From assembly GCF_001194135.2 (NCBI RefSeq), contig NC_068991.1, positions 72,534,021-72,598,020 on the forward strand: a DNA stretch of 64,000 nucleotides, in the 5' to 3' direction. The position numbers and the translations under genes were made by a program. The first letter of the stretch is position 1, and every line of letters begins with the position of its first letter. Under the pieces are notes generated by a model, which searched no databases, was not told the origin of the DNA, and saw only the letters and a program-made list of their open reading frames with translations. The stretch comes from Octopus bimaculoides (taxonomy: Eukaryota). Positions 39,241 through 51,053 of this stretch are shown here, in pieces.

Positions 39241-39808
39241 CAGGGTCCACCAAAATTAACTATACATTTTTATTTCAACATGATAAATGTAACATAGAAG
39301 AAATAAGCTACTACAATACAGAAAGTAACACAGGGTACACTAAAGTTTGTTGCAACATAAAACGTGATGTTTATTAAAGCTCCGTGTGCTCTCCGTGGAG
39401 CTCAATGCACTTTGTTAATCTTTCAGGGACCAAGCGGTATACTCTGGCGCACAGCTCCAATGGCACTTGAGCAATGGCAGCTCGTATTTGTTCCTTAAGT
39501 TCAGCAATGTTGCAGGGCTTTGTTGAGTAGACTTTCTCTTTGAGAACGCCCCACAGGAAAAAGTCGGGTGGGGTCAAATCCGGCAAACGAGACAGCCACT
39601 CAAGCAGTCCTCACCTGCCAATCCATCAACCGGGCAGGTTGGCATCCAGCCAGTCTCGCACAAGCGTAGCATAATGGGCCGGTGCCCCATCCTGCTGAAA
39701 GTACAGACCTTCTGCTCCATCCTGCTATTGTAATAACAGCAAAAGCAGCTTCTGTAGAACCATTTCAAAACTGCAATCTTTTGCTCTTTTGTTAATCGGG
39801 TGGACATA
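39241..39808 (-). mobile_element. Internally deleted Tc1/mariner transposon, DD41D type
   Basis: YFQQDGAPAHY...PG*WIGR*GLLEW..R.PDLTPPDFFLWG has 41 residues between the 2nd and 3rd D; TA-CAGGGTCCACC terminus and a weak TIR remnant near 39791-39808. Confidence 0.85.
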
Positions 39809-40862
39809 ATCGATATAACAGTATATCTGAAATAGGGGGGGGGGGAGAAATAAAAATATAACATTTCAGCTTTCAAATGACATATTAAATAGAAAAATTG
39901 AATAAGTATCGACAAAGTTACAAGCAAAAGAAAATATATAGTTACTTATGGTGGACTCTGTATTTACAAACATCCAATAATAAATCCACTTGGCATATCA
40001 GCGGATTATTAATGAAGAAATGGTTCATGTTCCATACAACAGAAATACTCTTTCACTGTTCACATGGGTTCTTTCTTATGGCTCACATTTGCATCCTTAT
40101 ATGTGGTCAGAGTAGTAGCAAACTGATGCCAAGATACAAACAAGCAGAATATTCCAAGAGTGTGGGCAATAAATTTGTTTAATGGAGAAACTGGAAAACA
40201 TTAAAGAAATCAAAAGAAAACATAGAAAATAATTCCATATGAGATTTTAGTATCCAGGAGAGTTAAATTAAAACTTCTAGTAATACAGTGACCATATTTC
40301 TAGATATAAAGCATTCAGAAAGAAAATAACAAATAAATACACCACATCTCTTTTCACTAAAGAGACAATGGAAACATGCGTAATGTTTAACACAGATACT
40401 GAATGATGTCAGTGGTGGAACTGTTACTTTGGAGGGCATTTAAATTCTCTTCGACTAGTGAAGCTCTCTGCATAAGGAAATCTACAGGAAATAACAACGG
40501 CAAACACTAACCAACAGCTAATATCCAAACAAACTAATAGAACGAATCACAGAAGTGTGAATATAATGCAATAAATACATCTGTTAACTTACACAAACTA
40601 TCATAAAGTGTGTTATATGAATCAAATGCATGGTAACTATGAAATGGGTGAGCACATTATCAAAACCTTTATAAGCAAGGCACAAAATACATTACATCAA
40701 GCCATAAAACTATCATTAATGACATGCTACAAAAATAATAAAATGGAAAACCTTATCAATAAAAATTCCAATGGATGTAAGACTGCAGACAAGCCATTAA
40801 TTATCAACAGGGTTTATTACAAAATTGATTGCTAACATGGAAGTTGTGAACTTCATGACTCT

Positions 40863-41033
40863 AAGTAGTTGTATGCTGTCAACTTAATGTGACAGTCCCA
40901 TGAAGGTAATAATAATGACACAGGAAATGCGTCAAGGCCGACAGGAAGTGGTGCAGCTTCCTAAGTCTAAACAACAGTAGTATTATTCCCTTCATGGGAC
41001 TGTCAACATTAAGTTGACAGCATACAACTACTT
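40863..41033. repeat. Inverted repeat, ~45-bp arms
   Basis: 40863-40906 is the reverse complement of 40989-41033 (one indel). Confidence 0.85.
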
Positions 41034-41377
41034 CAACGTATCGCTACTGCATAAATCTCTATGAGAGATTTAGAAATGTATTATTTCTAATTCATGACTC
41101 TAATTGTTATATTGGCCATGTAAGTATAAAACTCTACTGTTGGTCCATCATGTATTTTCTGTGAGTAGCAATTGCAATGCATTATATTCCACCAAAAATA
41201 AAAAAGCTAGATGGGAAAACATTAGCAGATAAGACATCAATCCTATACAGAATTTGTTTGCCATGAAAGCAAACTAATGATGAAAGAAATGCAAATACCA
41301 AACAATGATGGTAAAATAAGATAACGTATACTAATCACAAACAAAAACAATACCCAGTTTATGATGTTTAATTTTAA

Positions 41378-41573
41378 CCCTTTAGCATTTAAACTGACCA
41401 TATCTGGCTAAAATGTTCTACTTGTTTAATGCTCAAACAAACCAAATCTGGTCTCTTACACCTATCCTACAATGTCACCGAAATCTCAAAGCTACATGAT
41501 AATGCATGATTAATTCGAGAGGATGTTAATATATAAGCTTAACATTTAACAGAATAATCTGAATGCTAAAAGG
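41378..41573. mobile_element. piggyBac-type MITE (second family)
   Basis: TTAA at 41374 and 41574; homologous to 31860-32079. Confidence 0.75.
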
Positions 41574-41854
41574 TTAAAGACCAAAACTTCAAATTCTGGC
41601 ACTAATGTCTGCATCAATCATATAGGTGCTGTTTTTTATAAACAGACAGCAACACACACCAACATTCCTTCATCCTGAAGATGAAATCTCGAAGGTTTAG
41701 AAACGTCTGCTAACAAATTGCAAAAAATTAATATGAAAATATGAGGGAAAAGACTTGGATAAAAACGCAAAGTAGAACTCAGTCATGTTTCCAATACAAT
41801 ATGTCTAAAAGAGAAACTGTTCCAGCATATGTATGTGTATATATATATATATAT

Positions 41855-42178
41855 CATCATCATCGTTTAACGTCCGCTTTCCATGCTAGCATGGGTTGGA
41901 CGATTTGACTGAGGACTGGTGAAACCGGATGGCAACACCAGGCTCCAATCTAATTTGGCAGAGTTTCTACAGCTGGATGCCCTTCCTAACGCCAACCACT
42001 CAGTGTAGTGGGTGCTTTTACGTGTCACCCGCACGAAGGCCAGTCAGGCGGTACTGGCAACAGCCACGCTCAAAATGGTGCATCTTATGTGCCACCTGCA
42101 CAAGAGCTAGTCCAGGGGCACTGGCAACGATCTCACTTGGCTTGCCGGGTCTTCTCACGCACAGCACATTTCCAAAGG
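41855..42178 (-). mobile_element. RTE-tailed SINE-like repeat, family C
   Basis: Matches other family C copies. Confidence 0.8.
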
Positions 42179-42371
42179 TATTTGTATTTATAATTATAAT
42201 TATATATAAACATTTTATTTATAACAAAAGGGCTTAATATATGATGCAGAGTTGAATATTTATTATTCAACTACTGACAGTCACTTCAGAGTTTTGCTAA
42301 GGGTGGCTTGTCAAAGTATTTGATAGACCACCCCCTGTGAAAAACAGCATAGTAATTATCAACCTTTTGGT

Positions 42372-42408
<37 letters not shown>

Positions 42409-42609
42409 AGATGGAAGAGAGAAAAAAAACTACTGAATAAATAGAGTTCATTAATTTATTTTGAATCGATGACTTGTGTCAATGTTAGGCCAAGTTTCTC
42501 ACTTCTAAGCATTTGTTCAGGCAACAAACGGACTGTGTTTCACAGAGATAGGGAACTGGGAGTAGCTACAGTGTGATTTTATCAACCGCAAGTGAATGCA
42601 AATATACCA

Positions 42610-42611
42610 TG

Positions 42612-42654
<43 letters not shown>

Positions 42655-42755
42655 TATCATCCTTGTGATCATTGTCATTGTCAGCATCACCATCATCATT
42701 GTCATCATGACCACCACCACCACCACCACCACCACCACCACCACCACCATCATCA
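42610..42755. repeat. (CAT)n/(CAC)n trinucleotide tract
   Basis: Direct reading; source of the poly-H, poly-D and poly-M ORFs. Confidence 0.95.
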
Positions 42756-43591
42756 TTTCCCATCTATTCCTCATGCTGGATGGGTTACCAGGATCCAAGT
42801 CNNNNNNNNNNNNNNNNNNNNNNNNNNNNNNNNNNNNNNNNNGAGTTACTACCCCCTCACATTGGAGACCCTGTCTTGCTCATATATCCATATTTGGAAG
42901 GGTTTCTACAGCTGGATGCCCTTCATAAAGCCAACCACTTTACAGGGTGTGCTGTTGGCATTTTTCTTGTGGCACGAACAGTAGGGAAGTTGCTTTGTGT
43001 CTGGCAAGATTGAAGAATTCTCTCTCCTCTACTTTCTCTTTATTTCATTCAAGTAATGTGGCTGATGAGAGAGGAAACAGATGAAGAGCAAGAAGATAGA
43101 AGAGAGATTTTGATGGAGAAGAGGAGAGTGATAGGGGTGAATGGAGGAAGGAGTAATAGAAGTGAGACAGTGATAGGAAACTACATGTCGCTTGTGGATA
43201 AGGAAATTGAATAGAAACACAGTTTGAGTGTTGCGCAGAATGTGAGAGAGTGATCAAAGGTTGATATGAGGGTGAGAGAGAGAGAGAGATTAATATGAAA
43301 GAATAAGAGACAGAGAGAGAGAGAATGAAAGGAGGGGAGTGATGTATGTCAACAATGAATGATGGATGTGTATGTGAAACAGTGATTGGTAGATAATATT
43401 AAAAATGAGAGAGAGAGAGAGAGAGTGATAAAGATAAGTAATGGTAGGAGGTGATTAAATAAGGACTGATACAATGCTATCCCTCATTAGACAGGCAGCA
43501 TGATGGGAGAGAGGCAGAGTGATAAAGGGTAATGGTAGCAGGACTGAAATAAGACAGACCCAAATTCCAAACTTCATTGCCCCCCCCCCCC

Positions 43592-44030
43592 CATTTTAAC
43601 ATCCATTTTGTCATGCATGCATGGGTGGGTTGTGACTGACCACAATCATTTACCATGACCATTGTGAGGTTCAGTTTCTCATCATCAGTAATCACTACTT
43701 CTTCCTATGTCTACCTAGGTCTTTATCTACCACATGTTCAACACATTTCAAGGTTCACTAAGCACTTCTTTACACAACCGACATCTTTCATATGCATCAC
43801 GTGCGCAGACCATTGCAGTCTCTTATTTCCTGCACACACTGCATTTGGTTCCTCCTACATCCGACTTTTCAGTCTCTCATTTCATTCGTGCCATTGTTCC
43901 TTCCCACCAACATTACACACCCGGTGCCGCATGCTTGCTTCACTTCTCTCCAGCCTTCACCAGCCTTTCACATTTAAGGCCGACACCTTGCAACTGTACA
44001 GCATTGCACTTTGTACACAAGCGTCGTAAC
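43592..44030 (-). mobile_element. Degraded RTE-clade LINE 3' end
   Basis: Minus-strand translation has SAMLYS...RLQWSAHVMHM..CVKKC...RPR.T.EEVV; its 3' tail resembles the family C tail. Confidence 0.65.
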
Positions 44031-44261
44031 CATCTGCTCTCCATTACAAGTATGTGCATGTACATGCACTCAAATACATATATTCATATTGTCTGAATGT
44101 GCACACACACACATACGTATATATGTTAATACATAGCAAAGTACTTGTTAAATTATCTATGTTCTCTACATGCACACTTACACATAGACACTCTCTGTCT
44201 GTCTCCCTCTCTCCCTCTCTCTCTCTTTCTCATTGCCTCTGTCTGTCTGTCTCTCTCGCTC

Positions 44262-44262
<1 letters not shown>

Positions 44263-44297
<35 letters not shown>

Positions 44298-44369
44298 CCT
44301 ACCTGCATATCTATCTACCTATCTACCTACCTACCTACCTACCTACCTACCTATCTATCTATCTATCTA

Positions 44370-44419
<50 letters not shown>

Positions 44420-44420
44420 C
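44263..44420. repeat. (TATC)n/(TACC)n/(TGTC)n tetranucleotide tract
   Basis: Direct reading. Confidence 0.95.
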
Positions 44421-44520
44421 ATCTCTCTTAAATACACACTTTCTCAGTTACAGTCTTTGTTTAAAGCATTTTAATTCACAGATAATTCAATATATTGGTT
44501 CACATATCAAAATTTTATGA

Positions 44521-44567
<47 letters not shown>

Positions 44568-45023
44568 GATAATTTTTATTTTACTTTAAGCAGTAACTCC
44601 CTAAGCTTTTATACCCCATTCTTTCATGGGCTACTATCCTTCTTTTGAAACAGCCCCCTCCACTGCTAATCAGGTTACCTTGGTAACAAAAGCTATTAAG
44701 CCTTCCAGGAATTTGAAAGAATCTATTTCCCTAAGGCTCATACTGATGATTGCTCTGGTGCATCTACCACATATGATGTTTACCTTTATTGTCAGCTTGC
44801 CTGTGACCCCACAACACCTGTTGTGTAGCCATCATTTACACTGAGTACACAGGTTGACATTCACATATATGCACACCTACTCTAAATTTCATAAATAGTC
44901 CCACTCAAATAAGTCTATGGCAGAGGTTATCTACATCAACTAATATAATTTCAGTAGAGATCTAGTATGCATGTACATTTGTGTGTATATGTATGTATGT
45001 ATATACATATACATATGTTTATA

Positions 45024-45070
<47 letters not shown>

Positions 45071-45320
45071 NNNNNNNNNNNNNNNNNNNNNNNNNNNNNN
45101 NNNNNNNNNNNNNNNNNNNNNNNNNNNNNNNNNNNNNNNNNNNNNNNNNNNNNNNNNNNNNNNNNNNNNNNNNNNNNNNNNNNNNNNNNNNNNNNNNNNN
45201 NNNNNNNNNNNNNNNNNNNNNNNNNNNNNNNNNNNNNNNNNNNNNNNNNNNNNNNNNNNNNNNNNNNNNNNNNNNNNNNNNNNNNNNNNNNNNNNNNNNN
45301 NNNNNNNNNNNNNNNNNNNN

Positions 45321-45677
45321 GACCCCTAGGGGTGGATGTTACTGTTGCTTTAGCCCCAGGAGGACATCTCCTCCAGCTGGCTTATCGACACACTACTGTG
45401 TCCTGTTTGTTTTGCCAAGGGAAGTTATCCCTCTCATCGTGATCGTAGCACGAATGGACCCGGGTTTCAGGGTTATTTCCCTTCGTCAGCGTCCGATAGC
45501 TACCGACCTTCGATAGCTACCATAACCCTGAAACCCGGGTCCGTTCGTGCTACGATCACGATGAGAGGGATAACTTCCGTTGGCAAAACAAACAGGACAC
45601 AGTAGTGTGTCGATAAGCCAGCTGGAGGAGATGTCCTCCTGGGACTAAAGCAACAGTAACATCCACCCCTAGGGGTC
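45321..45677. mobile_element. Foldback element, 156-bp arms (3 mismatches), 45-bp spacer; left end lost in a gap
   Basis: 45321-45476 is the reverse complement of 45522-45677; the spacer has CGATAGCTACC twice. Confidence 0.9.
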
Positions 45678-46383
45678 AGCCACACTTAAGTGGCAATACA
45701 CTTCACTATATATATATATATATACATATATATATTATCCATATTTTACTATGGCTGGGTAGCCAGTGTATTTTGACTGGAATCTAACAAGAGAAATCTA
45801 GTTTCATAGTTAGTCCAGAGTTGCCTCTCTTTCCAGTTTTCAATGTTGATGAAGGCTCCCCAAACTCACTTGATGTGTTTACAACTTTTTGACTACAACT
45901 AGAATATTTCTCTAATCCAAAATGCAGTGAATGACCTTCTTAAGTGTTCAAATGTGTTTCAAGCTTATTTGAACTGATTACAAGTTCAGTTATATAATGT
46001 TTATTTTTATGTGAAATTATCTTTAAAAATAATTTATCATTAAACTGAAGGACTACTTAATACAAAGAGCATATTTATTAATTTTTATGATGGGAAGGTT
46101 GACAGTAACTTCAATATTTCGACTCATCACCTTTCATCACCAACCTGTTTATGTGTAAATGTTTTAAATATTTTTGTTTTAAAGCCAAAACAATGCAACT
46201 TATAAAAATTAATAATAATACAAGTCAATGGTTAGTACTATTTATTAACTAGTATTTCAATGTTTCAAAGCTGAAATATCATGTAATAGTACTAACCATT
46301 GACCTGTATTAATGCTATTTATAACTTGCACTATGTGTGGTTTAAAAAAATATTCAAAACATTTATATATATATATATACACA

Positions 46384-46465
<82 letters not shown>

Positions 46466-46466
46466 C

Positions 46467-46511
<45 letters not shown>

Positions 46512-46512
46512 C

Positions 46513-46555
<43 letters not shown>

Positions 46556-47691
46556 CACACATACATATATATATATATTGATAGTGATGTTGAAGTTTTG
46601 GTCAGCTAAACCATAATTAGACTGTAATGCATTAAGTTAATCTTGTATTTATATAGTACCTGGGGAGATAAAATTTTTCTGAGATTTGCTCAGTTGAATG
46701 GTAATTAAGTTGTAGAGTAGAAGTTGTGATGGAGAGATGTTGTGGAGAAATTTTTTATTGATTAAAGTTGGGGTTATGTTATTGTTCAGAATTTATTCAT
46801 GCATGTACAACTTTGTAAACAGGTGTGTATATTTAGGGCTGTTAGCTTCAGGTCATAAGATTGCTTTTTAGCGGTTCACAAAAAGGAAGTAGGTATGGTA
46901 GGGGAAGATTTTAGGTCTGAAGATATGCCTTATTTTTAGTTATTATTGGTCTTATCAGATTTCATTCTTTGCTTTGGCAATGTAAAAGAATATATATTGT
47001 TCACACAACATGTGGACATTAAGCCACATGTGCAATACAAGCACTGCCTGCTTAGTTCAGATGTCACTTGGTTTAAACCACTTCCTTGTCCTTGAGTGCC
47101 TCTATTGGAGTCCGTTCTCTTGTAGGCATTTATGCCAGGTGTCCTGTGAGAGGATAACTTTCTCCTTTCCTCTTACCATTCTTGGAGTCCTTGAAAACAG
47201 CCATGAGTACTATTTGTCCTCTTGTGACTCATTGAAAAACGTTTATGCAAAGTCTAGTTTGTTTTAATTAAACTGGGTTGACATATTTTTCATATGTGGA
47301 AGGCAGAATGATCAAGTTGATCGTTGCTGAGATTTGAATACAGATTGTAAAGGGACATAATTCAAGTCATAATAGGTTTAGCATGGCAGTTAATTATGTC
47401 CAACATGTTGCTACCCCTATGTTGACCAGATTTTAGAAAAAAAATCAGAGTGAAGTGGCAGCCTTTACCATTAACACTGGAAAGTTTTGAAAACTACTTT
47501 CCCTGTTTATTCTTTCCTAAAATATTTTATTGTATTTTGATTTATTTAATGCTTTCACCAAGGAACCTCTTTCAAATTGGTGAAATTTTCCTTGGTATTT
47601 AGTTGGAATCTAATGTGTACCAGTGGCTATTTCCTTCAAACTAGGAAATATTTATGCATTCAAATAAACATAACAGATATGTGTATGCGTG

Positions 47692-47726
<35 letters not shown>

Positions 47727-47841
47727 ATTCTATTATTCATAAGATACATTGATGAGATGAGGCAGATTTTAGGCTCATAGTTATTTTGAGTGATCTAATG
47801 TGTATGTGGATAAATGTATATCATCTATCTATCTATCTATC

Positions 47842-47882
<41 letters not shown>

Positions 47883-48418
47883 GTATGTATGTATGTATGT
47901 ATGTATGTATGTATGTATGCATGTGTGTGCGTATATATGTATGTATATATGTGAGTGTGTGTGTTATTATAGAGCAAATTGTTTTCAGCTGTGTATATTT
48001 TCCGCATACAATCACGCACTCACACGTGCACATGCACAAACACACATTCACTTTCACACACACACACACTCATGCATATGCACATTCTATGTTTAAAGCA
48101 TATTAATTTGCAGATAGTTGAATACATTGATTCGCATTTTGTAATTTTATATTACTTTTTTACTGCAAATTTTTTATTTATTTTTAAGATTTTCCATTTT
48201 CTCATTTGGTTTTGAAACATACACACATTTCTTCCACCATGCAAATATATTTTGTCTGCTTAGAAAGTCAAATAAATAAGTTTGTATAACTTTAGTAAAT
48301 TTCAATCTTGATATTAAACAGCAACAAAAAGACAGCATTAATTATAAGAAAATAGATTAAATTGGAAAATCTTAAATATTTAACATTTTGCATTCATTTG
48401 AGCAAAATTGAGAAAAAC

Positions 48419-48659
48419 AGTAAAGTTTATTTGCCAACAGAATGTGGTGGTCCTTTAAAGGAAGATGTCACTCTTGTTTAAGCTCCAGGAAAACATCTTT
48501 TCCAGTTGGTTATTGACACAGTATCTGTGTTCCTATAGTGTTTGCAAGGGAGGTCATCGCTCCCATCTCCAGCTGGAAAAGATGTTTTCCTGGGACTTAA
48601 ACAAGAGCAGCAACATCCTTTAGAGGACTGCCACATTCTGTTGGCAAATAAACTTTACT
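48419..48659. mobile_element. Foldback element, diverged relative of 45321-45677
   Basis: Terminal AGTAAAGTTTATTTGCCAACAGAATGTGG inverted at both ends; arm sequence aligns by eye to the 45.3-kb element. Confidence 0.8.
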
Positions 48660-48934
48660 ATTCGCTACTATTACTGTATATCTATCGATGAGAGATTTAA
48701 AACAAGTTGTTTTTCTCTATTGAGAAAAGCAGTTTGCCACATGTCTGTGTGTTCATGAAACTAGAGTTTATTCAGATTTTCAAAGTATTTATGTTGACAG
48801 TTGAAAAGTCTAACCCTAATCCTAACCCTAATCCTAACCGTAACTGGATGCTTGTCTGTTGCAGACTTAAGCCACAGATGTGACTGGTATTTATTTTCCA
48901 GTGAAACAACAGTCATGTAGCTCAGGAAATGAAG

Positions 48935-49196
48935 TGCCTTGTTCAAGAACTCAGTTCACTGCTCAGTTTGATAATCAAGCCTTGCTCAATGTGTCGTGTA
49001 CTGTTTGGTCTGAGAAATGATCCTCGCACAAAGACTCAGTACATTAATCAGTCTGAGAGCCAAGCCTTGCATAAGGACCCAGTGAATTGCTCACTCCAAG
49101 AATTGAGCCTTGGTCAAGGATTCAGTGCAGTGCTCAGTTTGAGGGTTGAGCTTTGGTCAACGAACCAATGCACTACTCAGTCTGAGAATTGAAACC
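48935..49196. repeat. Degenerate 43-bp tandem repeat, ~6 units, inside a CORE-like SINE
   Basis: Unit starts at 48953, 48996, 49038, 49081, 49124 and 49167. Confidence 0.75.
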
Positions 49197-50418
49197 CATG
49201 AGTTAATGATCATGAGCTCAACAATGCAACCATTAGGCTATGTACTTTATACCTTCACTGAGCCAATAATAGAGATTGAAATTAATTTTATGTTGGTGGA
49301 AACTTGATTCTTGAGGAATAATAATACAACCTGATGGTAACTCCTCATAATCATTTAACATCCACTTTTCCATGCTTGCATGGGTCAGATGGAATTTGTG
49401 GAGGCAGATCTTCCATTGATGGATGCTCTTATCATCAACCCTCACCTGTTTCCCAGTAAGGTTACATTTCCCCATTACCAAACATATTTTTCACAGAAGA
49501 CTTGTATGTTGGTGATGCTCGTTTACAACCATCATGTGATGTCAAGGTTATTATTGTCATTATTGTATCATGACAAAACAAAAAAAGCACCAAAGCCATA
49601 TTCACCTTCCCGAATCCTTTCTATTTGTGTGTTTTCTCTTTGAAAAAGACCACAATTGCATAGAATATAGAATTAATAATATTCACACTTAATATCAAGT
49701 TGTGAAAGCATTTCTAAGAACACAATTCCATTCTATAGAAATACTTACTCAATACTTTTCTCCTGGATATTTAAATACAACTTTTAGTCTCTGCACCTGT
49801 ATCAATAAGATGTATGTATTTGATAATATATTTCTCTTACGAATAATGCATATTTTGTACATCAGTGAGCAGCTGTGTGGTTTCATAATGTTTAAAAACC
49901 CTTAGTTATGTAATTTGTTATTGCTTATAATTTACCACCATGGATTAAACTAATTTTGTAATTTGATTTTTATTTATTTTGTACACATTATCAGGAAATA
50001 GCATTCTCTCTTTATTGAAGCTAACATTTTCAAAGAGAAACATTTACACTATGTATCCCTCTGTGAAATAAATTATCACCTCGATAAATAGACTTAATCC
50101 CATGATTAATATTGATGAATATTAATCTTAATAGTCATTAATTAAAACCTATTGAAATTTAGTAAAACATCACTGAGTTATATTTCCAAATAGTTTGAGT
50201 TAAAAACCTGCTCAGTTTATACTCAGACATTTTAAAAGAATAGTAATATTTAGAGTGAAGCTTTTTATTATTTTCATTGCTGGCTACTCATACACACACA
50301 CACACACACACACATAATATGTGTGTACATGTGTGTATATATATATATATATATATATGATATAATGTATGTATGCATGGGTGTATACGTACGTGTGAGT
50401 GTGGGTGTATATATATAG

Positions 50419-50450
<32 letters not shown>

Positions 50451-50533
50451 ATGTATAAATAGGTATGTATGTGTATATGTATGTATGTGTGTATATATAT
50501 GTATGTATGTGTATATATATATGTATACATATA

Positions 50534-50565
<32 letters not shown>

Positions 50566-50993
50566 CATATANNNNNNNNNNNNNNNNNNNNNNNNNNNNN
50601 NNNNNNNNNNNNNNNNNNNNNNNNNNNNNNNNNNNNNNNNNNNNNNNNNNNNNNNNNNNNNNNNNNNNNNNNNNNNNNNNNNNNNNNNNNNNNNNNNNNN
50701 NNNNNNNNNNNNNNNNNNNNNNNNNNNNNNNNNNNNNNNNNNNNNNNNNNNNNNNNNNNNNNNNNNNNNNNNNNNNNNNNNTTCATTTTCTGCCTTTATT
50801 ACTTTATTCTGAGAGAGATGTGTTTGAGAAGCTTCTTTTTGCACGATAGTTGTGGCCCAGTCACCTCTCCTGGTTCTAGACCCAAGGACAGTGCCTTAGG
50901 AAGGAATACCTGAGATTGCATCTGTTTTTGATTTTCTTCCTTTTTTTTTTTTGTACAAACTATGTTGATGGCATTATTTGTTTTCTAATCCAG

Positions 50994-51053
50994 ATGATGA
51001 AAGAAGCTAGAAGTTCGATCATGAGTGGCTCATCGACTTTAAAGCCAGGAGAG
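50994..51053 (+). CDS. BRSK2: BRSK C-terminal 60-bp exon, copy B: MMKEARSSIMSGSSTLKPGE
   Basis: tccag acceptor, gtaaga donor; phase 0-0; paralogue of 36830-36889. Confidence 0.8.

Noticed and set aside
48810-48845. TAACCC-like telomeric repeats (also TTAGGG-like at ~25608-25630)
   Set aside because: Only a few degenerate units, one set lying inside a MITE; not evidence of a telomere or fusion site.
5273-49196. CRISPR-like interpretation of the 12-bp and 43-bp arrays
   Set aside because: No unique spacers, no cas genes, and the context is eukaryotic.
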